Assembly: GCA_050230475.1 (NCBI GenBank)
Contig: JBFLGF010000163.1
Location: 1-64,000 of the forward strand
Source of the DNA: Ancylonema sp.
Lineage: Eukaryota
DNA length: 64,000 bases
Direction of reading: 5' to 3'
The notes beneath the pieces were generated by a model, which was given only the letters and a program-made list of their open reading frames with translations, ran no database searches and was not told the origin of the DNA. Each line of letters opens with the position of its first letter. Positions within the stretch are counted from its first letter, which is position 1. Below are positions 31,354 to 45,043 of this stretch, piece after piece. Both the position numbers and the translations under genes were made by a program.

Positions 31354-34300
31354 GTGTCAGTCCCAACGCATGACAATTGCACCATCCCATTCGTCTGCAG
31401 CCGAGAGATTGGACTACACACCAGCAGCCGAGGGATTGGACTACACGCCAGCTCAGGCTATACTTTATCCCCCATCCCGGTGAAATACTGTCCCCACCCT
31501 CTGACTACGGTATTAAAACGGGTGTTGTCTGACTCGACTATAGACCAAACCCGGCAGCTCCAGTCGAAAGGTACACCACCCGTACAGTGCAGGAATATTT
31601 CGGTGACAGTCAACGCCATTACTGCAGCATTGAACTCCCATGAGATTCTCACAAGTTTCCATGCCACTGGCTTAGGGGTGCTATCACTGCTAGCAGATGA
31701 CTTCCACTCGACATACGACAACTTGACGAACGTCATCATGGTTCAGAACATGGAGCTCATACAGATGCAGGCAAAGTTGCGATTACTTTTAGACGAGGAG
31801 AAAATACTATTGGCTGGTGTCGTTATGAACGAAGCGGGTGACGAAGAGATGCAGATAGTACTAGGTAAAATACGACTGCATAATTTATGGAGCACCCTGT
31901 CAACCACCCTCTCACCCTGTCATCGCATCGTAGACTCATGTTTGCTCAGATTCCATTCAGGTCTTTTGGAGGGAGATGCTACGATGCTGACCAAAGAGTT
32001 GAACGACACGGATCCTAAAACGAAAACGATACGCGGCGACATTGAAGAAGAAAGGTCAGGGTTAAACTTTAAGGCTGGAAAATGCGATTGCAGTGTCATG
32101 ATGTTCAGCTTGTTCAGCTGGTCCACATGGTTCTCAGGAAAAATCAAACAGAAGGTGCCTTCTGCAGGGGATGAGGACTATTACATGGTTTGGATACATG
32201 GACGTAGAATCACTGATGACATGATAGAATGCTCATGAGCTCAAGCAACGCTGTTGATTAACTGAGGCGCAAAATTACTATTAATGGCACTTTCTAAATT
32301 TTGTCTCATGTATGGGTGCATCATTGGGGTGATCACAGGGTGGCATTCATGGAAGGTTGTTGCTCTTTTCAGAAAGACGGTCAATTCAGAGACAGATCAA
32401 TAACTGCAGAAATATCTGTTGCCAAAAGCACTCTCTTGGAACAAGAGAGCATCTTGGCTGCAGACTTGAATGTAGGCAGGAGAACCTTGGAGAGTGCAAG
32501 TGCAGAAAGAGAAGAATTTATGAAGCGTCTTGGACACAAACTTGAAGGCGAGTGCTTTCATAAAATGTTGAGACCGGGCTGCCTGGAAAGTGCGCAAAAA
32601 AGTTGTTGAGAGCTGTCCCTGATTGCTTTTGTGTACACAGATTTGGCTGTCGAGGTGGAAGCTAGAGAAGATGAGCTCGCCTGCATACTGGAAGACGGTT
32701 ATCAAGGCAACAAAAAACTGCAAATGTTCAGGTCAATGGCAGAAATAAACAGGTAAGCATTGAAGCCAGTGTATTTGAATTGCCACAATACGTTTCGCTT
32801 TGAATAGAACCATTTCTATATGCTGAATTAGCCACGGCTTCTTGCTCCCTGGCCCCTATCAACATCTGAGCCAGGTTGCAGGCGGAGCTGGAAAGTATCG
32901 AGATGGAAAAGGCCAGTGCAGAGGATATGATAATCCAAATGCGCCTACAGTTGCCCAGATTTGAAGGCAAGAGGCTTCTTCTTGAAGTCCTCAGCGAAAA
33001 TGCATCACTTTTCGGGCTATCTTTCGGATTTTGATCCCAACAAGGAGTCTATGTCGTTGTGTCATGTGGTTCGCGTGTTTCCCTTTCAGATGATGAGAGA
33101 CACTTAGACGCCCAAATTAAGTCGCTTCAACAGGCTGTGGAGTCTGCGAATGCTCATAGGTATGATGACGTTTTCCACGATTCACAGATGAGACTGTTTG
33201 CGGGAATAGTATCACCGTCTATTTAATCGAAACACAGTAACACTCGAGAGCTAGTCACCAGGTTCCCAAAATGAGACACGTGCAAATATGTCACATCAGG
33301 TCCTTTGGATATCAGAGCCTCCATTCTGGTGCATGTTCCGGTTTGTCACTACTTGTTTCTATCCATCAGATTGAGAGAAGTACAGAGAGCTAGTAGTGCA
33401 GCAGTTGGAACACTAGTTCAAGAAATGTAGTCCCTCAATCATGTAGACTGTGAGTGCCACACCTGTCTCACTACTGGAGGGATACACCCCATTGTTTTTA
33501 TCAGAAACGACTGTCAGTTCATGATCACAGCGCATTTAAACTACAGCTACACAATTACCATGGTTATAGCTCCGCCATTGGTCGACTAATTGCAATAGGT
33601 GTGACTGATTGCAATTGGTCGACTGATTTCAATCAGTTGACAAATTGCAATCAGTCAACTGATCAGGTAACTTTGGAAGTGAAGCAAATACTAAACAGTG
33701 CCAAGTAGCTGCAATTGTGTCAGTATCCCAAGTGGAGTGATGCCAAGCGTCGTACGGCAACAGCAGCGTATTGAATCCCTCCGTCGAAACGTCCAACATC
33801 GCCCTCCTGCTTCTCGCCCACCACCACCTCCAACACCACCACCTCCCCCCCGAGGCCCGCCAAGTCCGTTTGACTTCAATGTTAATCAACCAGACGCTGT
33901 TCGGAGACCCCTATTGTCTGCAAATCCAGTTGCGCAGAAAGTGAGCAACCCTGTGTTTTCAGTGCTTCAGCTGACTCCCACGTGGTGTCCAAGTGCTTTC
34001 GAGTGCTTTAACGTGTGTGAGAGAGTGAAAACGGAACTGTTTCCTGAGCTCAATGCTGGTGTCAATGTCTTACATCTGTGCAGGGAGGTAGTAGCCCTCA
34101 CTCTCGATGGGCAGCTTGGCGGCAGAGCAACACTGATGAAGCTGCTTCTCAGCAAAATGAGCAGGTCTGTTTCTTGATTGAGCACTTCTCTACCAGAATG
34201 GAAGGAAGTGTAAGGATCAAGGAGCATATCAGGGCTTGCAAACTGGCAGGAAATGAATTGTACGCAGACATATGTCTGTGGCTGGTAATGGTGCAAATTT

Positions 34301-34695
34301 TTTGAAGCAGGGCGGTCATTCACCAGTTTTTGTGTGCAATTCATGTCTCGACGTATGCCATCTCCCAAGGGACAAATCTGTAGAGTCCGCCATTAATCTG
34401 AGCGAGTGGCTTGCAGGGTGAATGCGCCAAACCTAGTCAGGCCCCGCGAGCATCGGCAAGAATTGCAAGTAAATGTGCTCCAATTCAGCCAGCACATGAA
34501 AGGGAAAACCCTTATAAGCGAAGCAAAACTTCAGTGAACTCCGAGAATCCGAAGTTCAAACCTCTGGTTATGAAATCACGCGTGGCACAAGCTTGTCTAG
34601 ATCCAGATTCCATAGACTCATCAGATGATGATGATGATGATTCAGATTTGTTGTGGGAAATCAATGGACCTCAAAATGTAACACCAATCAAGTGA
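31354..34695 (+). CDS. Uncharacterised multi-exon coiled-coil / Pro-rich protein, head-to-head with SDP6 (gene model uncertain, possibly a pseudogene)
   Basis: Exon-like blocks bounded by AG/GT carry heptad-like helices (MELIQMQAKLRLLLDEEK, AELESIEMEKASAEDMIIQMRLQL, HLDAQIKSLQQAVESA), a poly-Pro block (33800-33870) and an acidic tail (SSDDDDDDSDLLWE...TPIK*). No family recognised. Confidence 0.4.
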
Positions 34696-35699
34696 GTTCT
34701 CTTGTTGTACACCTGTTTGGGCTTCATCAATGTTGTATCGATGCATCAGTTCCTAGCAGGCTCGCAAAGACATTTAGAATGCCCAATTATTCTTGTACTT
34801 GGGAGGTGGTTGAAGAATGTATCATTCCCATATGGTTTAGATGCTTTGTAGTAGAGCAGTAAAGGACAAGGTTGATTTCATCTGTGATAGTATCATTCTC
34901 ACAAACTTGATGCAAGGTAGTTGTGGCATGTTGTGAATAGATGGTCCACAGCATGCCACATGGTGCTATCAACATATACTAGAAAATGGATAAGAAAGAG
35001 ATAGCATACACCAATCTTCGTGAATACTGTACCAAGCTAGTAAAAATACCGACCATCATTCTAAGGGTGGTGGAGAAAAGGTGTGCATTAAGCGATGATT
35101 TGCATCACACTACGTGTTACTTTGTGTGAGTGTTGCTCTATTTTGATAGCTGTGTGAAATTAGCCCCCCGTACATTTTTAACTTTCTTATACGCGTTATG
35201 CACCATTACTCGTCATTATGCGTTGTTCCTTAATACTGTGAATGCTAACGCACTGTGTCAGTGGACACACCCACAAGTGTGCGCGGAGCACTTGTCTTAC
35301 AAAAACCAACGTGCAAGTCAATAGACAGGTTTGTCCACACAGACTTCTAAGGTCTCGCCCATGAGTCACGTGTATTGATGATGTTTTATATGTAGTCAAC
35401 ATGTGTTTGTGGACATACACACTAGGATGAATAAGTCCGTAGCCTCCAAAATAAAAATGTGAGTTTGCATCGCGATTTTGTCTGGAACGTCACAAGTGAC
35501 TCTCCAGTTGTCAAGCTATTTGACATTGTACCTCCAATGCATAGGGGCCACCTTGTCAACCTTGACCATTTGTGGCTGGTAACCCCAGCTGCGGCTGGGG
35601 ACCTCTCCTCTAGTCGGCCACCCGACATGAATATGATGACGGAAAAACGTACGCTCAATCGCGGGCCGGAGTTGAGATTGGATGGGGCGTGGGTATAAA

Positions 35700-36065
35700 T
35701 GTGCCCCACCCACATGAAACTAATCGGATGGAGGTGGGCGGGTGCCTCCCACCCGCGGGTTGGGGGGTCCTCTTGCGGGTGAAGGAGGTCCACCCGCGGG
35801 TGGTGGGTTCCCAGCCGCAGCTAGGAAATGGTCCACCCATCTGATTTCCGAAGGTTTGTTTATAACCAATATTTGTAAGCCTATCAATGCGAGACGACCA
35901 TCTGTTGAACCTAACCCATCCGATTCCCACCCACCCACCCGCGGGTGGCCCCTTCCCCAGCCGTGATAGCCCCCCCACCTGCGGGTGGGGGGTGCCACCC
36001 GCAAATGGCAACCCGCTTTTGATTTTTCGTTGGAATGCGGTCGGTGGGCGGGTGGGCGGGATGCA
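35700..36065. repeat. Cluster of CCCACCCGCGGGTGGG palindromic motifs, probably a DNA-transposon (MITE/hAT-like) subterminal region
   Basis: Repeated cccacccgcgggt(t/g)gg in both orientations at about 35749, 35790, 35934, 35973 and 36040. Confidence 0.5.
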
Positions 36066-36660
36066 TAGGGGGAGGGGCACGATTCGTGCAAGTTTAGGTG
36101 CAGTAAATACTCGTTACAGACATACTTTTGGGACACGGGAAGTGTGAGCCTATAATGTGGCTGAGTCTGCAACGAGTATGTGCGTTATTGTCACGTTTGC
36201 CAGGGGCCCTCAAGTGAGATGAGCTTGTAACGAGGGAAATCCAAAACTTGCTCCCAGATCAGTGGAACGACGAATTCCATGTCGGTGTACTTTTTTTGGT
36301 CAAGCAATTTCGACTTATCGGCCGATTGGCGCATGTAGAAGTGCATATTCATTATGACCACTCTCATGACCACTCTCACACCACTCCCGTCGTGATTTGG
36401 TGGAGCGCGCCGCTAGGCATGATCTCGTCGCTGCGGAGCGAAGGAAGGAAACCCACTATCGGGAAATTTGTGCCCTTTGATCTTGAGACGTACGGTGCAT
36501 TGTTTGATGAGTCGGATCGATTTTTGGTCGAGTGCGCCACGTTAGCTTCTAGGTAGTTTGCAGGATCGAGGCCGTCCATTAGCTTGTTGTGCACATGGTT
36601 CCGTCAGAGAGTATCGATTGCATTGCAGCGGTCGCTAGCACGTGCGAGACATGCTAGAAC

Positions 36661-36853
36661 CCTACGTTTAGAGCAATACATGGCCTTGTTACCCCCCCCA
36701 CCACCGCGCGTTCCACTTTCTTCTTCGGAGTTGCATGTTGTTGCTAGTTTTGGCTAGAACGATCGGCTCCCATTTTTGTCGTTTTTGGGATATGTAGTTT
36801 CTTTACAGGCACGTTCTTGTACTGAGATGGGATTCCCGTCGTTTTTCAATAAT
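36661..36853 (+). repeat. About 190-bp dispersed direct repeat, copy 1 (copy 2 at 45955-46148)
   Basis: Both copies share tagagcaata..tggccttgt..cccaccaccgcgcgttccactttcttcttcggagttgcat..gtagtttctttacaggcacgttcttgta..cccgtcgtttttcaataat. Confidence 0.88.
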
Positions 36854-37914
36854 TGACACTTTCTCTCTCATTAAAAAACAAAGAAGATGACGTGCGTCGA
36901 TTTTTCCCCCGAATACATGTCGACGTCAGCAAGTATTATGACAACATAATTCGTTATATGCACAGAATCGTCCTTTTCTTTATGCCAGTAAGGTGGTGTG
37001 CTAGTGCCTATAACGAAGACGATTTGGCGGGGAAAAGTCGGTAGACCCGATTCTGATGCCTATAGCGCGACTGTGCCCACAACGAGTTTGCCTCTAACTC
37101 TACTATCCGGAGAGCATTTATGTCTGGAGGAAGGGGTTCCTAATGACGCACGACCTGACACCGGCCTCAATTTGAGTGGGCTCACACGTGCGGCAGCCTG
37201 CTCCACGAGGGCGGGGAGTAGTCGCACGGGTCGGGGGTGGTTGCCGACAATCAGTGAAGAGCAGATGAGCCACACGTTCCACACACGCGTGACCACCCGC
37301 GCCAGTACCGATGGGCAATCTCTTCCACCGCTGCTCGCTCCAGGAGAATTAAACTGACCTCTGCATCAATAAAAGGCGCGACTTGAGTTGCTGCTCAAAA
37401 TCAATCTGGCAAATGCTCGTGGTGATATCTGAGCGGCTCACACCCTCCCAGCCAAACTACCCGGGCGAAGGAAATACTGATCAGCAACAGCAGTGTTTTC
37501 AGCTGCAACCAGAGAGATATTTTTTGTGTACCGTCATCCGGGACCGCGGACTGTTTCTGCACCATGTACGGAACTCGCAGCACTTCTACGCAGCTCTGAT
37601 TGGCACTTCTTCCATACACGTACGGAGGAGGATCTGCACACATGCTTCAGTGTTACCGCAATTGAGATCCCACCACCTATTTGTCGGTGCACGTCTCTGA
37701 ATTCGAATGCTATCCGCAATGCAGAGTACGTGGACAAGTAGATGTCTGTCAAACATATATAGTCGCAACAACTTTCGATTTCCAAACTGTCCCTAATTTC
37801 GACTTGAGCCAGCAGCAGGCATATCGACTACCACCGCCTCGAAATCGGCCTGCTGATTCCAGCCGCGAATCCGATTCGAATTTCTCCACTGCCAGTCATC
37901 AAGCAATCATTGCC

Positions 37915-40606
37915 ATGGCACCTGAACCCCTTCCAAAGACCATCCTGCCCATAGACGCCTATGAGCAGCAGATCATTGACACGGTGGCCCTTAACCGAGT
38001 GACCATCGTGATCGGCGCGACCGGGAGCGGGAAGACCACTCAAATCGCGCAATTCCTGCACCGGGCCGGTTATTGCGACAAAGGAATGGTGGGGGTGTCC
38101 CAGCCGCGGCGGGTGGCTGCAGTCACAGTTGCCAGGTGGGACTCACAGAATGTATAATATTATATGACATTTTATATTACATGATTATGTTATCACATCA
38201 TACAGAATTAATGTATATTATTTTGCACACGAAATTATTTGGTCTGATGCAGGGATATGTCAATACTCAAATTTTGGGGTCGATACTCAAATTTCGTGGT
38301 CCAACGTTGTGCGGAATACCTGCTCCCGCTGGACACCCCCCCCCAAAAAAAAAAACCCAAAACCCTAACCCCATCACTATTACTCCAATACGTGGGATCG
38401 AACGTTCATTCAGTAGAAGAGAAGAAAACATAAAACAAATGTTTGTAGTTTCCGAAAGGCGAAACGATCAATGGCAGTACGCGCACAGGTCGCAAACAGA
38501 CATGTGCCCCACACATTTCCAAAACTTACCCCCTTCTCACCCTCTCCCTCCCCCCTCTTCCCCCCCCCCTGGGATAACCTCAGACGCGTTGCATGGGAGA
38601 TGGGGGTGAGTGTGGGGGAGGAGGTCGGATATGCCGTTCGATTCGAGGATCGGACGTCCAGCAAGACTCGAATCGGATATTTCACAGATGGATGCCTGCT
38701 GAGGGAGTGTTTAGCGGACCCGGAGATGCGAAAATTTTCGGTCATTGTGTTGGATGAGGCGCATGAGAGGTCACTCAACACGTGAGTTTCGTTATAAAGG
38801 GGGGTCGGATTGTGTGTATTTGTAGTAAGGGGTAAGGGGGAAGGGGGGGGGGGGAATTGGACATGAGGCATGCGATTGGGTCTCTTTCTCTGAAGGGGGG
38901 TGGGGGGTATAATGATAGGAGCTGTGTGGGACCACTGATATTATTTTTGTGGACTTTGGTGTGGTGTGGTGGTTGCCCTTGCTGCGAACGATGATGTCAC
39001 AATGATGTGGTGATGATGTCATGATGGAAAGCACGATTGAAACATGAATAACGTGTTTTTAACAATGCTCCATGCTGCGCAGACCTGCACATTTTATTTT
39101 TCTAAAAACCCTAAAAACGGATTGCATTGTGGAAAGGTGCTTATGATCATGCCTCCCTTCCTACAACATTTTTGGCGGAGGATTTCCTTTTTAATCAAGA
39201 GGGTGTCAATTACCCCATCTCATTCACAGTTCATCGGCAATTTTGAATGAAGTCGATTCGCCTGTATCAAGGGTATTCATCTACTAATCATAAATCAATT
39301 TGCCGAAGTCAATCAAACGCTGAAATCGGACTTGATTTCCCTCATGATTCTGCAGAGACATCCTGTTTGGGCTTCTCAAAAAACTTTCGTCCGACCGAAA
39401 ACCGGAACTCAAACTCATCATCACATCGGCCACGCTGGACGGCCAAAAGATCTCCGACTTCTTTTTGGGCTGCCCGGTGATCGACGTCCCCGGCCGACTG
39501 CACCCCGTCGAAATTCTGCACAGCACTGAGAAACCCGCCAACTATCTGGAATCGACGGTGGACACTATCGTGCGTAAGATTGGAATCTGCTTTCCCTCAT
39601 GGAGAGGGCTAACATATCAATTAGTGTGCCAACACACATATATATGCGTACGTATATTCATGCTTACATACATTCATAAGCTCATACATACATACATACA
39701 TAGATACATACATACACACATACATACACATACACAAACATACATACGTACATGAATTCATCCATACAGACATACAAACATACACATACACATACACATG
39801 CATATATATTTTTACATACATACATAAATTCATCCATACTGACATACTGAAATACATGCATACATACATACATACATACATACATAGATATATACATGCA
39901 TAATTTCAAACAGATATACATATGTTTCATGTACAGCGTCTTCCGCATGTGTATAGACATAGATCCATGCATACTCTCATACATGTACGTGATGAGATGA
40001 CTACTCGTAGTAGGATCTGGATCCATATAGGAAGTTACAGACATTAGTCTTACTTGCATGTATAACATATGTGTTTCAATAGACATCCACATGCACGCAC
40101 TCTTCAATAATGTTGTCCCCGGAAGTCCATTGCTGCATTTATTTTTTTGCACAACTAGATACGGGACTGAATATCAATGCCATGCTTTCATAGAATAGAA
40201 AAAACTAGAAAAGCATTTTTGATGCAACAGATGCAGATAAAAAGTGGTATTGTCGACTATACTAATAACCAAACTTGTGTTGTTCCGTTTACAGTTTTTC
40301 CTATTTCATATCATTTCCTGTCGCGTTTAAGTACATGATATAGACATATGCATAACTGAAGATTTTTTTGGTGGCATTGCAGTCTTGACATAGAAAACAA
40401 ACAACTTTGGAAAAAAAAGTTTTTGGGATGTTCCCAAATCGAGATAGCGTTGAATAGGTCTTACTCCACATGCATGAACGTATTCACATCCAGATTGGAT
40501 CCATGTATACACATGAACACACGTCAACATTTGAAAAAGCTGTGAGTAAAATCGACCTCCTTTTGGTACGTATGATGAGTGCCGATTCCGACCATCGCCT
40601 TCTCTC

Positions 40607-40641
<35 letters not shown>

Positions 40642-43237
40642 TGCGCGTGGCAGGGATCCACAGCAGCTCGCCAGGGGGGGACATCCTGGCCTTCCTCACG
40701 GGGCAGGAGGAGATCGAGAAAGCGCTTCGCATGCTTGAAGAAAGGATCGGAGAGGCAGGGGCGGAAATGGATGCCATGCTGTTGCCGCTGCACGCGTCGC
40801 TGCCACCTCAGCTCCAGGTGAAAAAAACAGAGGGGGAGATGGTAGGGGCAGATCGCAGGTGGGCTGGAAGTTTCTGGGGAGGTGCGGCTGGTTAGTGACA
40901 GGAGGAAATTTGATGGAAAAAAAAAGAAAATATGTATTTTTAGAAGACGGGAGTCTGGAAATCGGAAAAAAAATCCCCAAAACTGTGCTCCTGTCTAGAA
41001 ACCAAACTCTGTGGGTTGCCACGATCGTGGCAAAACACCGAAAAAAAATGGCAAAAAATATGATAGAAACGGCAGACATCGCTCCCCTCTCCCTCTCTCT
41101 TTCTGCCGCAGGCCCGTGTTTTTGCCGCCCCCCCCGAGAACTGCCGGCGCATCATTGTGGCGACCAACGTGGCAGAAACCTCCCTCACCGTAGACGGCGT
41201 GGTCTACGTGGTCGACCCAGGGATGGTGAAACAGAAAATGTTTGACCCAGCCACGGGCTGCGAGGCGCTGGTGGTGGTGCCTATAAGCCGGTGAGGCTCT
41301 CTCTGCGGGGTGACGTCGTCACGATGACGTCATCACCATGATGTCGAAGGTTTTTGTTCAAGACTGGCGTGAGATGTAATCGAGGCAACTCAGAGTCGGG
41401 ACACCTCCCTCCCTCGATATAAGCACAGTTTTGAGACCCCAATCCAGCAACAACCGCCTCTAGAGCCTGATGCCCCGTCACACCTCCACCCTCCCTACTA
41501 CAAATTACCCCACCCCACCCCCCCTGTCCGTGTGTGGTTTAGGGTTCAGGCTGTCCAGCGAGCGGGCCGAGCTGGCAGAACCCGCCCGGGCAAGTGCTTC
41601 CGCCTCTACCCCCTCTCCTTCTTCCAGACCACTATGCTTCCAGTCACCATTCCCGAAATCCAGCGCTCCTCATTGGCCGGCGCGGTGCTCCACTTGAAGA
41701 GCCTCAGAGTGGAGGGTCTGGATGTGCTCACCTTCGAATTTCTGGATCCTCCCTCGATAGAGGCACTGGAGGAGGCGCTGAGTCAGCTTTTTGTGATCGG
41801 CGCTTTGGATTCGGAGGGGGAGGTGACGGAAATTGGGAGGATGATGTCAGCACTGCCCTTAGACCCCCCCCTAGCTCGAACGCTACTGGCCGCTCGGCAA
41901 TTCAATTGCCTGCCCGAAGCACTCACCATTGCCGCCATGCTTTCTGCCGAGACTCACCCGGTAGGGAAGCAGGGGGGTGGGAGGGGCGGGGGCGGGGGAG
42001 GGAGGGGGGGGGCGGAGAGAAGTGGGGAAGGGAGGGGGGGGGCGGAGAGAGGGGGGGAAGGGAGGGGGGGGGGGAGCCTTGTTGAAACTGCCGACTGGGG
42101 ATGGGGAGGGGGACCACGTGCGGCTGCTGAGGTGCTACGAGGAATGGGAGAGGGCAGGGTTTGATCGGTCGTGGTGTGAGAAGAGAGGACTGCAGGTGAG
42201 GCAGAAACGGAGGTCCAACTGCTGGAATGCTTTTTGCCAATGTCTGCCAATTTCCGCCATTTCTGCCAGCCCCTGTTATTTCTGCCATTTCTGCCATTTC
42301 TGCCATTTCCGCTTCCAGGTGCGCTCCATGCAATTCGCCCGGGATGTAAGGCGCCAGCTGGCTGAGGCGATGAAGAGGGGGGGGAGGAGAGGGGAGGGTG
42401 CAGCCGGTTCTGAAGAGAGGGAGGGGGGGAGGAAGGGAAGGGAGGGGCGAGGGACAGAGGGGGTGCGTCGGGCGCTGTGTGTGGGTTTTGGGTTTAAGGT
42501 TGCGAGGAGGATGCGGAAACACAACGGCTACAAAACTCTGCAGAAGAAACCGCAGCTAGTGCAGGTGAGGGGGGGGAGGTGGCGAGTACTGGTTCTGAAT
42601 TCAGGAGCTCAGTGTCGGGACACTCTAGTCTCGGTCAGAGGTCAGAGGTCAGAGGTCAAAGGCAAACTCAAAAAAAATAATTGGGGTTTTTTTTGGGGTT
42701 TTGGGTTTTGGATCTAGTCGGGTTTTTGTTGGGAGTTTTTTTGGAGGATTTTAGGGTTTTTGGGGAGGATTTTAGGGTTTTTTTTTTGGGGAGGATTTTA
42801 GGTTTTTTTTTTTGGGGGAGACAATGCTGAGCTTGCAGCGTGGAGTGGATGCGAGACATATTCCAACTACTTTTTTTTGCCACGTGGCGCGTGCAGGTGC
42901 ATCCAGGTGGCGCTGAGCTGGCAGTAGATGAGGAAGGCCTTCTGCCAGAGTGGGTTCTTTACAACGAGTTGATCGCCACGTCGCGGCCCTTCATGCGGTG
43001 CGTGTGTGCAGTGAACGCCACCTGGCTGGATGACGTGCTGCCAGTGCTGCAGGCAGTTGATGTGGCAAAACTCAGGTGAGGTGGCAGATGTGGATCGGTT
43101 GGGTTTCAAGTACTTGTCAGGAATCTTTGATTGGAGAAGGTCCAGTGAGGGGGTTCAATTGCAGAGGCTGATTTTGCAGAGAAACGTTATCTTGCTCAAA
43201 AATGTCTGGTTCGTATGTGTGTGTGTATATACATATA

Positions 43238-43269
<32 letters not shown>

Positions 43270-43340
43270 CATATATGCATATATATGCATATATACATAC
43301 ATACATACATACACACATACATGTATGGTTCGTATGTGTG

Positions 43341-43404
<64 letters not shown>

Positions 43405-43507
43405 TACATATATATATATATAGATATGTATATATATATATATATACACACACACATACGAACCATGTATGTATGTATGTATGTATGTATGTATGTATGT
43501 ATGTATG

Positions 43508-43538
<31 letters not shown>

Positions 43539-43631
43539 GTATATACATATATGCATATATATGCATATATACATACATAAATACATACACACATACATGT
43601 CTGGTTCGTATGTGTGTATATACATATATAC

Positions 43632-43664
<33 letters not shown>

Positions 43665-43769
43665 TACATATATATATATAGATATGTATATATATATATA
43701 TATATACACACACATACGAACCATGTATGTATGTATGTATGTATGTATGTATGTATGTATGTATGTATG

Positions 43770-43814
<45 letters not shown>

Positions 43815-43868
43815 GCATATATACATACATACATACATACACACATACATGTATGGTTCGTATGTGTG

Positions 43869-43920
<52 letters not shown>

Positions 43921-43942
43921 TACATATATATATATAGATATG

Positions 43943-43974
<32 letters not shown>

Positions 43975-44134
43975 TACGAACCATGTATGTATGTATGTAT
44001 GTATGTATGTATGTATGTATGTATGTATATATATATATATGTATATATATATATGTGTATATACATATATGCATATATATGCATATATACATACATACAT
44101 ACATACACACATACATGTATGGTTCGTATGTGTG

Positions 44135-44182
<48 letters not shown>

Positions 44183-44204
44183 TACATATATATATATAGA
44201 TATG

Positions 44205-44236
<32 letters not shown>

Positions 44237-44291
44237 TACGAACCATGTATGTATGTATGTATGTATGTATGTATGTATGTATGTATGTATG

Positions 44292-44339
<48 letters not shown>

Positions 44340-44390
44340 TATATACATACATACATACATACACACATATATGTATGGTTCGTATGTGTG

Positions 44391-44430
<40 letters not shown>

Positions 44431-44485
44431 TACGAACCATGTATGTATGTATGTATGTATGTATGTATGTATGTATGTATGTATG

Positions 44486-44526
<41 letters not shown>

Positions 44527-44580
44527 GCATATATACATACATACATACATACACACATATATGTATGGTTCGTATGTGTG

Positions 44581-44638
<58 letters not shown>

Positions 44639-44737
44639 TACATATATATATATAGATATGTATATATATATATATATACACACACATACGAACCATGTAT
44701 GTATGTATGTATGTATGTATGTATGTATGTATGTATG

Positions 44738-44787
<50 letters not shown>

Positions 44788-44838
44788 TATATACATACAT
44801 ACATACATACACACATACATGTATGGTTCGTATGTGTG

Positions 44839-44892
<54 letters not shown>

Positions 44893-45011
44893 TACATATA
44901 TATATATAGATATACATATATATATATATATACACACACATACGAACCATGTATGTATGTATGTATGTATGTATGTATGTATGTATGTATGTATGTATAT
45001 ATATATATATG

Positions 45012-45043
<32 letters not shown>

